64,000 nt of DNA from Octopus vulgaris. Lineage: Eukaryota. The stretch is from assembly GCA_951406725.2 (NCBI GenBank), contig OX597816.1, positions 33,666,001 through 33,730,000 on the forward strand. Direction: 5' to 3'. Positions within the stretch are counted from its first letter, which is position 1. Each line of letters starts with the position of its first letter. A program made the position numbers and the translations under genes. The notes beneath the pieces are model-generated. The model was not told the origin of the DNA. It saw only the letters and a list, made by a program, of their open reading frames with translations, and did no database searches. Below, piece by piece: positions 26,413 to 38,185 of the stretch.

Positions 26413-29400
26413 ATGTAGGATATTAATAATGATAATATTCCACAGAACAGTGCCTAGTAGAGTATACTTTTGAAGATAGGTGAGTATAACCGGTTGTTAA
26501 TGAACATGTGAATGTAATTCTATATATGATTAAATAATACTCTCTCACCAAACAAGGAATGAGAGACAGTGGTCGCGGCACTTCACAGTGTCTCAGTGAC
26601 TAGTGAACAAGTTTCCTTCACACTGAAGATCTGTCTTATAGACTTGCATCAATGTGGAGTACTCCGGTATATACTCCAAAGATGCAAAGCCTTGGGGGAC
26701 ACAGGGCGAAGCGCTAACTTTATGATCTATGTTGACCTCAAAGGAGAATTTGATCTCAGCACTCTAAGTGCTTGAAAAATATTACTAGTGTTGCTCTTTC
26801 TATTTCACTAGCGGATATTTAAAATTTTTGTTCTATGTTTCTTTCATAATACCGTATTTGTTTTTCCATTTTCTCTAGCGTTGAGTTTAATAGTATTATT
26901 TTTGCCGAGTAGTGTTAGCTAGTTGAAGCATTTAATTTAAGGCGTTTAATCAATAGAATGTTATGGAGGTAGAAGGGGTCTTATCTTTTTAATTATAACT
27001 TGTTGAAGCTGGCTGTTAAACGACATGACAGAGAAAGGGAGAGTAATAAAGGGGAAGCAATAAGAAAAGTGAGAGTGAGAGAGAAAACGGGAAAGAATAA
27101 TTTGGCAAGATATTCTTCCAATGCGCCGACATATATAATCGTTAATTTTCTCGATGATTTAAGTAGATAATTAAACAAGTTAGGGCATCTGAAACTTCAT
27201 TCATCAAACACAAATCGTTGTGTAAAATTTCCGTTTACCTACAGACCTAACATTCATATATGAGTAACTCCCCGATAAGGAAACCCATTGTCACATCTGT
27301 CATTTCCTCTTTTAGCAGAAATCAATATTTGCTACTATTTGTCTCAATGACAACTAATCTCCTATCGGGGTTGCCATAGATGCCTCGCTATGTGACATCT
27401 CTTCGGAATTTTACAATTGCCCTCGCCTAATTAAATTATTTTCTTTAAACATTCTAAACTGCAATTTGAGCTCAAACACGTACATCAATTACCTACTGAT
27501 ACCTTGTGCTGACACACACACACACACGTACACACATTACTACATAAAATAAATTCATGTTACCAACTATACACAAAACTATATATATTTGCACACATAA
27601 ACGATTACAAATATATTTAAAAGTGTCTGCTACATCTGCCAGTTAATCGAATACACGTTTCTCTTAATATATATAAATATTTGCGTGTACAAGTGTATGT
27701 GTGACGTGTGTGTAAGTGAGCGAGTGTGGAACTCAGCGTAGCTACAATCCTTTGATGGAGCTAAATAAAAGAATGAAAGGATGTGTGTGTATCTGATGCG
27801 TGTGTGAGAGAAATATGTATTTGTTAGCGTTTGTTTCAATATATGTCTGAAAAGCTTTCTAACCTATTCTGTGTTAAAAATCATTCATGCTTTATATAGA
27901 TTTAGACAGTCGATATTTTTAATGTTACCGATATAATTGTTAAGTACATTTGGGTTTTGGCGTCTTCAGAAGCCATCATCAGAATGACAGCTTTTTACTT
28001 TGTGGTATTACAATATTAGTTACGAGTGAACGGACAATAGAAAATAGAATCAAATATGCTGTCGTATCGTTGTTGTCAATGAAGGCACAAATCGTAATGA
28101 GGTTCAGTGAGGAACCATGCTGTTCATCCCGCAGTAGGAGGTGAGGGAATGCGGGAAATTATGAAATTGGACAGACAGCTGAGAACGGCATTGTAGCTAT
28201 GATAAGTTATCGATTAAGATATTTTATACATTTGAATAACTCATTAACCTTACTCGTTGCGTAAAGATAAACTTCCCAAGGCAAAGCGGCTTGACCTGTA
28301 TTCGGAATATATTCCACAGGATCTTGAGGGAGATGACAATTTGAACTGGTTCCTAAAGGATTGTAGTATGTATTTATCTCCTAACTTCAGTCAAGTCCTA
28401 AAGGCAAATCGTCAGAGTTGCTGTTGCTTAGAATGAGAAAGAGGCGACAAACGGAGATAGATAGTTACTTAGACAGATAGATACGAGACAAACAAAGAGA
28501 GAGAGTGGGGGGGAGGAGAGGATGAGAGATACAAAAAGATATTTCCCTCTTTAGGGTGTAAGATTAATACATAAATACAGGTTGGAATAAAAATGTAATC
28601 GTAGAGTATGGTATGAAAGAGAATTAAAGTGTAGTCTTCACTGAAACAAATACGTTTACGCGCTCGCGCGCGCACACGCTACCTTGCAGTGATTCGTATA
28701 TAAGCAATGAATACTAGACGTAACTATGTAAGGAAAAAAACACCCACTGTCTAAAACTGCGTATGTGTGCATTTAACATTAGATAAATTATGCACCTGTA
28801 TTGAATGTACGAGAGGTTCTGTACTGTAAAGCTTGAGTAAATATCATTTTCCTATTCAAGTTGAACACAATATATTATCTATAGAAATGTCAGTCATTAA
28901 TTATGGTTATGTTCCCGCGACAACCTTTTTTGTTGTGGTGACCAGAAGAAACCAAGTAAATTTCTAAGAAATCGAATGAATAAATACTGCTTCAGACGAA
29001 CTTCTACATCGCTTGGCATTGGTAAAACGAACGAATGCTAATGTTGTCTTAACGATTCTTTGCAGCGTTAACTCTTTGGCAATTTTCCAATGAGCAAAGA
29101 TTTTCTAACTGTGCCAAGCAGCTTTGCAAAGAACAGAAATTTCATCGAACATGTCTTGTGAACATGAAATATCTGTGTTCTGTTTTGCGTAAGAGAAAGA
29201 TAATTGCTAATTTGCATGTTAACGGGAAATACAATCAACGAAAACAAACTGACAGATATAACGACGAACTGAAACACAGGAAGAAAAAAAAAACAAGAAA
29301 TGAATAATGGGAACACGGAAAGTATTAAGTTTGGAAAACAGCAACAATAATAAAGGAGATAGAACAAAATATAAATAAGTTTATGAAGAGAGAGTAAAGA

Positions 29401-30402
29401 AAAACTATGAATAAAGTAGTACCTAGAGATATAAGAGAAATAATGCCAAAATGTTTTATAGGAAAGAAAAGTGATTTAGAAGCAAAAAGTAAATGTGTTA
29501 ACGAATGATAAAATAAACAACGAAAATGAAACCAAGGCTCTGATATCAAATATAATAACATGTGACTCAGTTAAACTGGCAGATCGTCCGTTTCACTAAT
29601 ATGTGTGCGTTTGTGTCAAAGTAGCGAGTGTAGTAAAACATATACTCTATAATTTAGGCTCTGCGCCACATCGATGAACATTAAAATCTATCGAAATGTA
29701 ACTACGTATATATACTTCTGTGAGTGCACTTGTCTACTTATGTGTATCTGCGTGAAAAAAACATTTCATTGCATTTTACTGAACTTCTGTGCATAGACAT
29801 TACTTTTAGGCATGGCTGGTTCAAGTGCAATTCAGCAAGAGATTTTTTTTCATAGATTATTCTGATGAGCACGTTTCACACACCCTTCATGGCATATTAT
29901 TTATTTCGAACTGTCCTGACATAATTACAGATATTTACTGAAGCAAGCCAAACCTAACTCATTGAACTTTGGTTTACCTATATCATACAGTATAATTGTC
30001 GTATTTGTTATTGTTTTTGAAGCACGCCAGGATCAAAATGGCTAAAAACATGACGTTCGCTGTGATGTTTTCCTTTTAAAATGAAGTTTAAAATTTTAGA
30101 CTTTGCGTTATCTACTATCTCTTTCTATGCATAATAGAAAATTTAAGTGTTTTTTAGATGTTGCACATATGGATAGATCTGGACTAATACAAAAATGAAA
30201 TAATTATTATATATGGACGAAAGAAATTTCAGAATTCTTCGTATTTCATAGCATTGTTCCTGTATGACCATTCGTCATATGTCACACTACGTCTGTTAAG
30301 TCATCTTCTAACCATCTGTCTATTTATCTATAAGAACACAAACTCGCATGCATGCACATGCACGTCTTCTTCCCATATATATGTATATATATATATATAT
30401 AT

Positions 30403-30814
30403 TCTCTTTTCTCTTTTTCTCTTTTACTTGTTTCAGTCATTTGACTGCGGCCATGCTGGAACACCGCCTTTAATCGAGCTACTCGACCTCGGGACTTATT
30501 CTTTGTAAGCCCAGTACTTATTCTATCGGTCTCTTTTGCCGAACCGCTAAGTGACGGGGACGTAAACACACCAGCATCGGACAAACACAGAGGGACAAAC
30601 ACAGACACACAAACACACACACACATATATATATATAAATATATACATATATGCGACAGGCTTCTTTCAGTTTCCGTCTACCAAATCCACTCACAAGGCA
30701 TTGGTCGGCCCGGGGCTATAGCAGAAGACACTTGCCCAAGATGCCACGCAGTGGGACTGAACCCGGAACCATGTGGTTGGTTAGCAAGCTACTTACCACA
30801 CAGCCACTCCTGCG

Positions 30815-30816
<2 letters not shown>
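30403..30816 (-). mobile_element. SINE family A, full length, young, flanked by (TA)n on both sides
   Basis: Reverse head ggcgcaggagtggctgtgtggtaagtagcttgct...gggttcagtccc (A/B boxes); tail GGCGGTGTTCCAGCATGGCCGCAGTCAAATGACTGAAAC-AAGTAAAAGAG. Confidence 0.92.
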
Positions 30817-30893
<77 letters not shown>

Positions 30894-32479
30894 TTTCTCG
30901 TAGATGTACTTATCCGACAAAGTGATCTGATCAGAGTTTGTATGTTGTAACAAAAGAGAATTACAGCCTAGAAGACATGCATGTTCGTCATTCAAAGCGG
31001 AGAAAAAAAACGTAACTTCATATATTCATTCATTATTCAAATCTTTCGTCGCACCAGCTGGTCACTAATCCGGCAAGACCACGTAGGGATGCCCTTGTTC
31101 CATTTTTCAATTACGTCACTCACTTTTGGTATATCTCCTGATCACTCACCTTACCCGTGGGTATTGACCTGTAACAGTTTGAATGGAATTTAACGGCATC
31201 AGTTTCACCACCTGCGGTGAATCTTCAGTGATTATTGGCTCAGCTTCCTCCTTCTCACTCAGCAAGTGGAGAAAACCGCACAAAAAAGCAAATGAACACG
31301 AAACGAGTTATAGAATACAATAATGGACCATTCAAACCAAATGATTAATAAACACTACTGAACCAATGAAATTACAAGTGAATATTTATAAAATGTTTAG
31401 ATTTAATATATCATAGTTGATGTTACCTAGTTTTTCACTAAGAATTTGCTTCTGCCTTGTCAGATATAACGTATGCAATATTATTGTTGAGCACGAGCTC
31501 AACACGATTTCGGACACTCGTGAAAAAATGTATCCAAAGCATCAAACATACTTTCTTTAAATATCTATCAACTGAGTTATGAGTACCTTTACTGCTATTT
31601 CTTACAGATCGACTAATCACGTAAATTGTCGATGAATAAATGATAAAATAGTAGCATTGTTTATCTAGAGATAATCAATACAGTAAACTCCAACAAAATA
31701 TCACATACATGTCTTTCTGGGGATTTCCCTAATGGAGTAAACCACTTTCCAGTAATGAGTGTAAAACTACGAGCCATAACGTCATATGGATGTTTTATAA
31801 TTCGATGCACATTTCAGCTTTGACCAAGAAATCATGAAAGAAAAATATGCGTAGCGTGCTTCTTTTGTCATTTTATATGCGAATATGACTGAATGGTAAT
31901 TAAGTTAATTTGAATAATATGGAAACAGCTTAATTAGAAATCCATCTGGAACAATAATGTTCCCTAATATTCAATATGCTCTTTCTCATACTTATTTATC
32001 AATGAACTCTTTCTGTACTTTCTACAATAGCTTCTATAATTAATTTCCAGTTCTTCCAAGCCAAATGTTCATGAATATACCATACGACTGGAAATTACAT
32101 TAATGCAAATTCCTCCAAATCTAATTAAGATAAATGGCTATTATATACTTGGGTTATAAGAGTTGTTTTTGTTTTACATATAAAATATTGGCTGCTGGGC
32201 AGAGTATATTATAGCAATGAAACGGTGAAAGATTCTGACGTGATAATGTTTCAATTATATATGATGCCAAATTATTCGGTGGCTAATTTACAAATATTAT
32301 CGTGAAAAACAAAACGAAAATAAGGAGTATGTGTCATTTATCTGCGTTAATGATTAGCGAAATTGTTAAATTGTTAAGCTTTAAATATATTGAAGAAAGT
32401 AGGTCACTAGCATGATGAAGTGTATATCAGCACCAGAAAGGAAGAATCGATGATATTGAAATGTGTGTGTGTTTTGATC

Positions 32480-32650
32480 ACCACATGACAACTGGAGCTG
32501 AAGTACCTACGTCCCTGTAGTTACCGGTTCGGCCAAAGATAGAATGTCCCAGAATTAAAGAGAAAATGAGTACTGGTGTTGATTATTGCGACTAATATTC
32601 TATAAGGTGGTATCCCAACGAGGGATTCTAATGACTGAAACAGATGAAAG
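32480..32650 (+). mobile_element. Old SINE family A-type 3' half
   Basis: gacaactggagctg...cgtccctgtagttaccggttcggccaaagatagaat...aaggtggtatccc...aatgactgaaac. Confidence 0.6.
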
Positions 32651-33921
32651 ATAAACTACATAGGTACACTAGTAATGCACCCCCGATGTTTCCTAGCAGT
32701 TATGACCTACAGCCACATTGTATTATTTGTTCCTTTCTCGTAGGCAGAATCGGCACACGAGGAGTATCAAGCAAACAACTCTTCTTTGAAAACGTTTTTC
32801 GGTCATTTTCTTATGAACAATGCCGAAATTTTTTATCGCAAAACATGTACAATGGCATTTTAGATTAGAAAGAAATTCTGACATTGCTCGTAAAATGACC
32901 TCAAAATTGTGAAACCCTGCGTTGTTTTGGTGTTGATTGTTGTAATAAGATAAATTTGCTGTGTAAAAATCTTATTTCATGCAGGTAACCGAAAGATTGA
33001 TCAATCTCTTGATATCTTTCTGATATATCAACATTCGCAGCTCAATTTCATAGCTACAAATTGGGTCACGTAGAAGCTGAAATAGTTCTTACCCGTCCCA
33101 TAATATGTGAACAACTCATATACATTAGCTTCCCCAAACGAAAGGCCAGGTTCAAAAGTATTATGGTTTTCTGCAAGCATATTTGGTATCGGTTTATATG
33201 AATGTTGAGCCATTTAAATAGGGACTTTGGGGGTTGGATCAATACGTACGTATAGAGGTATATGAGTAAACAGGGTTACTGATGTGGGAAGTTTGGCATA
33301 ATTGTATAGGGGCGCTATGCTTCTTAGAAATAAGTGTGTTATGCTGGTATGCCGAGGTGGCGCAGTAGCAATGGAGCGATGTATGACTTAATAGCTGATG
33401 GACGATGAAAGCTTAATAAATAATTTAAAGTATATTTAGTTGCACGAGAAAAGGAATTTGCTTAGAGATGTAAAGACATTTATGCCGAATTAGGACGTTG
33501 ATGTAACCGCATAGCAGAAGGTCAGCTACATGTAAAGATAGCTGCTTCATTGTGAAAAGGGCCATCTCTTAAATGTTTTGGAAGACCGCACGCTTCAGTA
33601 TATGTTCAACAACGGGAAACTCCTGAAATCTAGACCTGGACACATGACTAATAACGCAGCTAGTTTGTAGCATATTGTTGAATATCTGATACTTCTATTA
33701 ATAATATAACTATCTACTGAGCTGCAAGACTATTCTACAGGCAAGTTCTTTAGATGTAAGCTATGAGCATTTGCATCGTGGATGGGAAATTAAGAAGCAT
33801 TAATAGAAACATAAATTGTGACATCTATATTATCAAAATTTAAAGATGCCTGCCCGAAAATCCAATAATTAGAAAGAGAAATTTTAGTTATGGAACCAGC
33901 ATGTAAATACATGTCTGTCTG

Positions 33922-33969
<48 letters not shown>

Positions 33970-34714
33970 ATCTATCTCTCTATCTTTCTATCTATCTATG
34001 TATCTATCTTAGATTCATTTATTGTATATGTAAAAACTAAAAGAAAATAAACGATAAATGCGGATTTTTGTGGGAATAGTTTAGTGTTATATGCGATTAC
34101 TATGTGAAACATAAACAGGGTTTATTACAAATGTAGTCTATGCAGTCAAAGCAAAATACAAAGAGAATCTTTGACGTTCGCTTACTCACTAATTAAGATT
34201 CATGTTGTAAAGATAAGAAAACTCATATAATCAACATATAATATATGACTCAAGTGAATTTAGTACAGCTTCTGTTGCTTCTTTTTAATGATTTTATCTT
34301 AATGTTTGTGCTTGTCGCTAGTTTTAATAAAGTGAATTCGATAAATATGTGTACCATTTATTAACATTCATAGTGCACGGAAAAGGTGACGGGGCCAAAG
34401 GAGTTTTTCATCAAAAGAAGCCATCTTAACATATTGTTATTATTAATGTAAGAAGCTGAAACAATGGCAATTTCGATGATAGTCATCTTGCAACTTGAAC
34501 ATCAAACAGATGTGAGAGATATTTTATGATTTTCTCTCGTCTAGTTAGTAACTTTATTTGTTCTTAACACGAACTAAATTGAAAATCAGTTCCAACGATA
34601 TCCATTATTGCCACAATTTAAGGTTTGTTGTCTTGTATTCTTATGTGTAGTTGTATAGTTTAAATCAATATAAAGTGGCTATTGTTTGTAATCCACTGGG
34701 TGTCATATTATTAG

Positions 34715-34924
34715 TTTCAAAATTTGGCACAAAGCCAGCAATTTAACACGAGGAAGTAAGTCGATTACATCGACCCCTGTGCTCGACTAGTAATTATTTT
34801 ATCGATTCTGAAAGGCTGAAAGACACAGTAGACCTCGGCGGATTTTAACTCAAAATGTAAAGCCGGACAAAATGACGTTACGCATTTTTTTCGGCGTGCT
34901 AATGATTTTGTTACATCACGGCCT
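34715..34924 (-). mobile_element. SINE family B, degenerate
   Basis: aagtcgattacatcgacccc...ttttatcga..aaaggctgaaag...gacctcggcggattttaactcaaaa...cggcgtgctaa. Confidence 0.8.
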
Positions 34925-35033
34925 TTGGGAGTCTTGATATTACAAAAACATGTTCTGTGGTAAATTTTATGTGGAGGCACATTTATTGCACACAGAATTA
35001 TGCCTTATATTGACAAACACTATCTGCATATCT

Positions 35034-35081
<48 letters not shown>

Positions 35082-35186
35082 GCTATGCTATTGTTAAGTA
35101 ATTTCACCAGATAACACCAGATATTTTCAGAGGGGAGTGTATGGATTTCGTGAATTTCTCTCTCTCTCTCACTCTCTTTCGTTCTT

Positions 35187-35228
<42 letters not shown>

Positions 35229-35242
35229 ATATATAGATGGTT

Positions 35243-35289
<47 letters not shown>

Positions 35290-35368
35290 CATGTGTATAT
35301 ATATTTATACATATATATATGTATGTATACATATATATAGAAAGAGAGAGAGAGAGATGTAGGTAGAC

Positions 35369-35426
<58 letters not shown>

Positions 35427-36033
35427 AGTTTAGGTTTTCTTACATTTTACTATTCCTAGAAAAATGATATCTAACAAGTAAACTGTAAAAAAAATGTCTG
35501 TCTGTCTTTTCACTATTTTGTATATTATCTAAGTATGTATTCACGATAAAGGAATCAAGTTTGAGATTACAATAGCATTGTGTTTCGTTTGAAAACTTAA
35601 TGAGGTTTCCTTAAGAGATGTATCATAAATCAGCTTATTCACATTATATTACTCATACTTCCTTTCACAATTGAAAAAGAAATTTATCCCGTGAGTTTCA
35701 ATCATCAAACCATGATAAATCTTATGATATTCATGAATAATGCTGTCTCTATTTTTGCGAGACAAGGGTATTATTTCAAATCAAATCAAAATGTTATACA
35801 TATTTCGAATTTTAACGGTTGTGAAGCTGGATGCGTTCTACAATGTGATTTGGTTAAGCCACATAGACAGGACATAGATATATGGCGAAATGAAAACAGT
35901 GGTTGATGTTCGGTTCATCAAGTTCAAACAGGATCAAAATGTCTATATAGTGTCCTTGCATACAGTCATAAACAAAACAATACTCAATCCTCCTGCCTCT
36001 CATTCTCCTCCTTCTCTCCGTATTTATATATTT

Positions 36034-36081
<48 letters not shown>

Positions 36082-36101
36082 TATATACATATATATCTAT
36101 A

Positions 36102-36497
36102 CTAGCAGTACCGCCCGGCGTTGTTCGGGTTTGTAAGGGAAATAACTATATAAGCATTTTTAGAGATGTAAAGTATAATAGCCATCTCACAATGGCTAAC
36201 CACAAAGAGGGGGGATGTTACTGTAGCTTTTTACGTTCTGAGATTTGATAATAATTTTTTAGAGAGTTACTTCCCTTATATATGCAAAAAATTCATTAAA
36301 AATGGGAAAAATTGATGGTAATATTTTTTTAAATCGTAGACTCATCGTAGACGCGCGCTAATACCCAGAAGGGCTTCATATGAATCACGACTATAAGATA
36401 CCCGGTTTTGGTTAAACTGCACCGCAAAATGTGGGAGCAGTTAGGAATCTAAATCGTAGGAGACAGACAGCACACAACCTCACTTTTATATATAAAG

Positions 36498-36498
<1 letters not shown>
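36102..36498 (-). mobile_element. Non-autonomous Helitron (about 400 bp)
   Basis: The minus strand starts A|TCTTTATATATAAAAG and ends ...CCCGAACAACGCCGGG-CGGTACTG-CTAG|T. That gives a 5' TC, a subterminal hairpin (36114-36129), a 3' CTAG, insertion between A and T, and no TSD. Confidence 0.78.
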
Positions 36499-36542
<44 letters not shown>

Positions 36543-36544
<2 letters not shown>

Positions 36545-36704
36545 TGTGGCTGTGTGGTAAGTAGCTTGCTTACCAATCACATGGTTCCGGGCTCAGTCCC
36601 ACTGCGTGGCACCTTGGGTGTCTTCTACTATAGCCTCGGGCCGACCAAAGCCTTGTGAGTGGATTTGGTAGACGAAAACTGAAAAGAAGCCTGTCGTATA
36701 TATG

Positions 36705-36737
<33 letters not shown>

Positions 36738-36949
36738 ATAAGTTTGTGTGTTTGTGTGTGTCCCCCCCCCCAACATCGCTTGACAACCGATGCTGGTGTT
36801 TTTATGTACCCGTAACTTAGCGGTTCCGCAAAAGAGAGCGATAGAGTAAGTACTAGGCTTACAAAGAATAAGGCCTAGGGTCGATTTGCTCGACTAAAGG
36901 CGGTGCTCCAGCATGGCCACAGTCAAATGACTGAAACATGTTAGAGAGT
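36543..36949 (+). mobile_element. SINE family A, full length
   Basis: The head ggtgtggctgtgtggtaagtagcttgctt directly follows (TA)n. The tail GGCGGTGCTCCAGCATGGCCACAGTCAAATGACTGAAAC is followed by a short TA run. Confidence 0.92.
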
Positions 36950-37310
36950 GATATATATATAACGTATGTGGTGCTCATTGACGCAGAAGCTTTTCATCCA
37001 ATCTCACTTCGAATATCAAAAAAACTACCACGAGGCACACATGAAATTCTGATGTATATGATTCGTACCGTTTATGAACGGCGCTGTGATGATTGCCTTT
37101 GTTTAACCATGAAACATTTATAATTGATTGGAAAGTGGTTTATGATATTTCAAATCAATCGAACATGATAAATTATATTTTTGACACGAGAAAAATATTC
37201 AAGTTTTACAAAGAATTAGATACAAAAAAACATGAAAAACAGTAAAACGAATCGCAATGCATTGTTACATAGTAGTATGCACACAAAATCTATATGCACT
37301 ACACCCACGC

Positions 37311-37324
<14 letters not shown>

Positions 37325-37399
<75 letters not shown>

Positions 37400-37400
37400 T

Positions 37401-37443
<43 letters not shown>
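37325..37443. repeat. (TA)n plus (GATA)n compound microsatellite
   Basis: Direct reading; similar (TCTA)/(GATA) runs at 35030-35080 and 35370-35424. Confidence 0.9.
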
Positions 37444-37911
37444 TAATATAATTAAGATTCATTTGAAATAGGTACTTAAATTGAGGCACCAAGCCAGTTC
37501 GGTATAGTGTGTGCAGGGCGAATTTAGGTGAACAAAAACCAAATGAGTGAAAACGATGTCAAATTCTTAGTGCATTACTGCCGTTTCAAGCGGCTCCATT
37601 TTATCGATCAATGAAAACATTACATAAATTTGAATGAAACAGGTCTCCTCAAATAAATTCTGCCACAAATATACTATAACGAAACAATGTAATTATTTTG
37701 GTTTCTAGTACTGATATTAATTTTTCTAAAAATGTTTTATCATTCTGTTGGAAATATATATGGGTATCTGCTCTAAGGAGAGTGTTTTCTTTCAAATTGA
37801 TGTAATGTTTTCATTGATCGAAGTAATGGAGTCACTTGAAACGACAGTAATGCACTGATACCTCGTGGACATCCATGTTGCTTATATACACGTGTGTGTG
37901 TGTGTGTCTCT

Positions 37912-38185
37912 GGAGGCGCAATGGCCCAGTGGTTAGGGCAGCGAACTCGTGGTCGTAGGATCGGGGTTTTGATTCCCAGACAGGTCATTGTGAGTGTTTA
38001 TTGAGCGAAAACACCTAAAGCTCCACGATGCGCCAGCAGGGGGTGGTGGCGAACCATGCTATACTCTTTCACCACAACTTGCTCTCACTATTTCTTTCTC
38101 TTTCTGCTGTACCTGTATTCCAACGGGCCAGTCTTTTCCCACTCTCTGAATCTCCACTCGCTGAATCTCCATGAGAATTACATTA
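37912..38185 (+). mobile_element. SINE family C, second copy with a different 3' module
   Basis: ggaggcgcaatggcccagtggttagggcagcgaactcgtggtcgtaggatcggggttttgattcccagac (tRNA-like head), then the core shared with 20110. Confidence 0.85.

Noticed and set aside
33000-33900. High-complexity stretch that reads protein-like on the plus strand; minus ORF 33028-33213 contains a gg|gtaaga donor
   Set aside because: Stop density in the best frame is about what AT-rich random sequence gives, there is no recognisable motif, and no acceptor was found.
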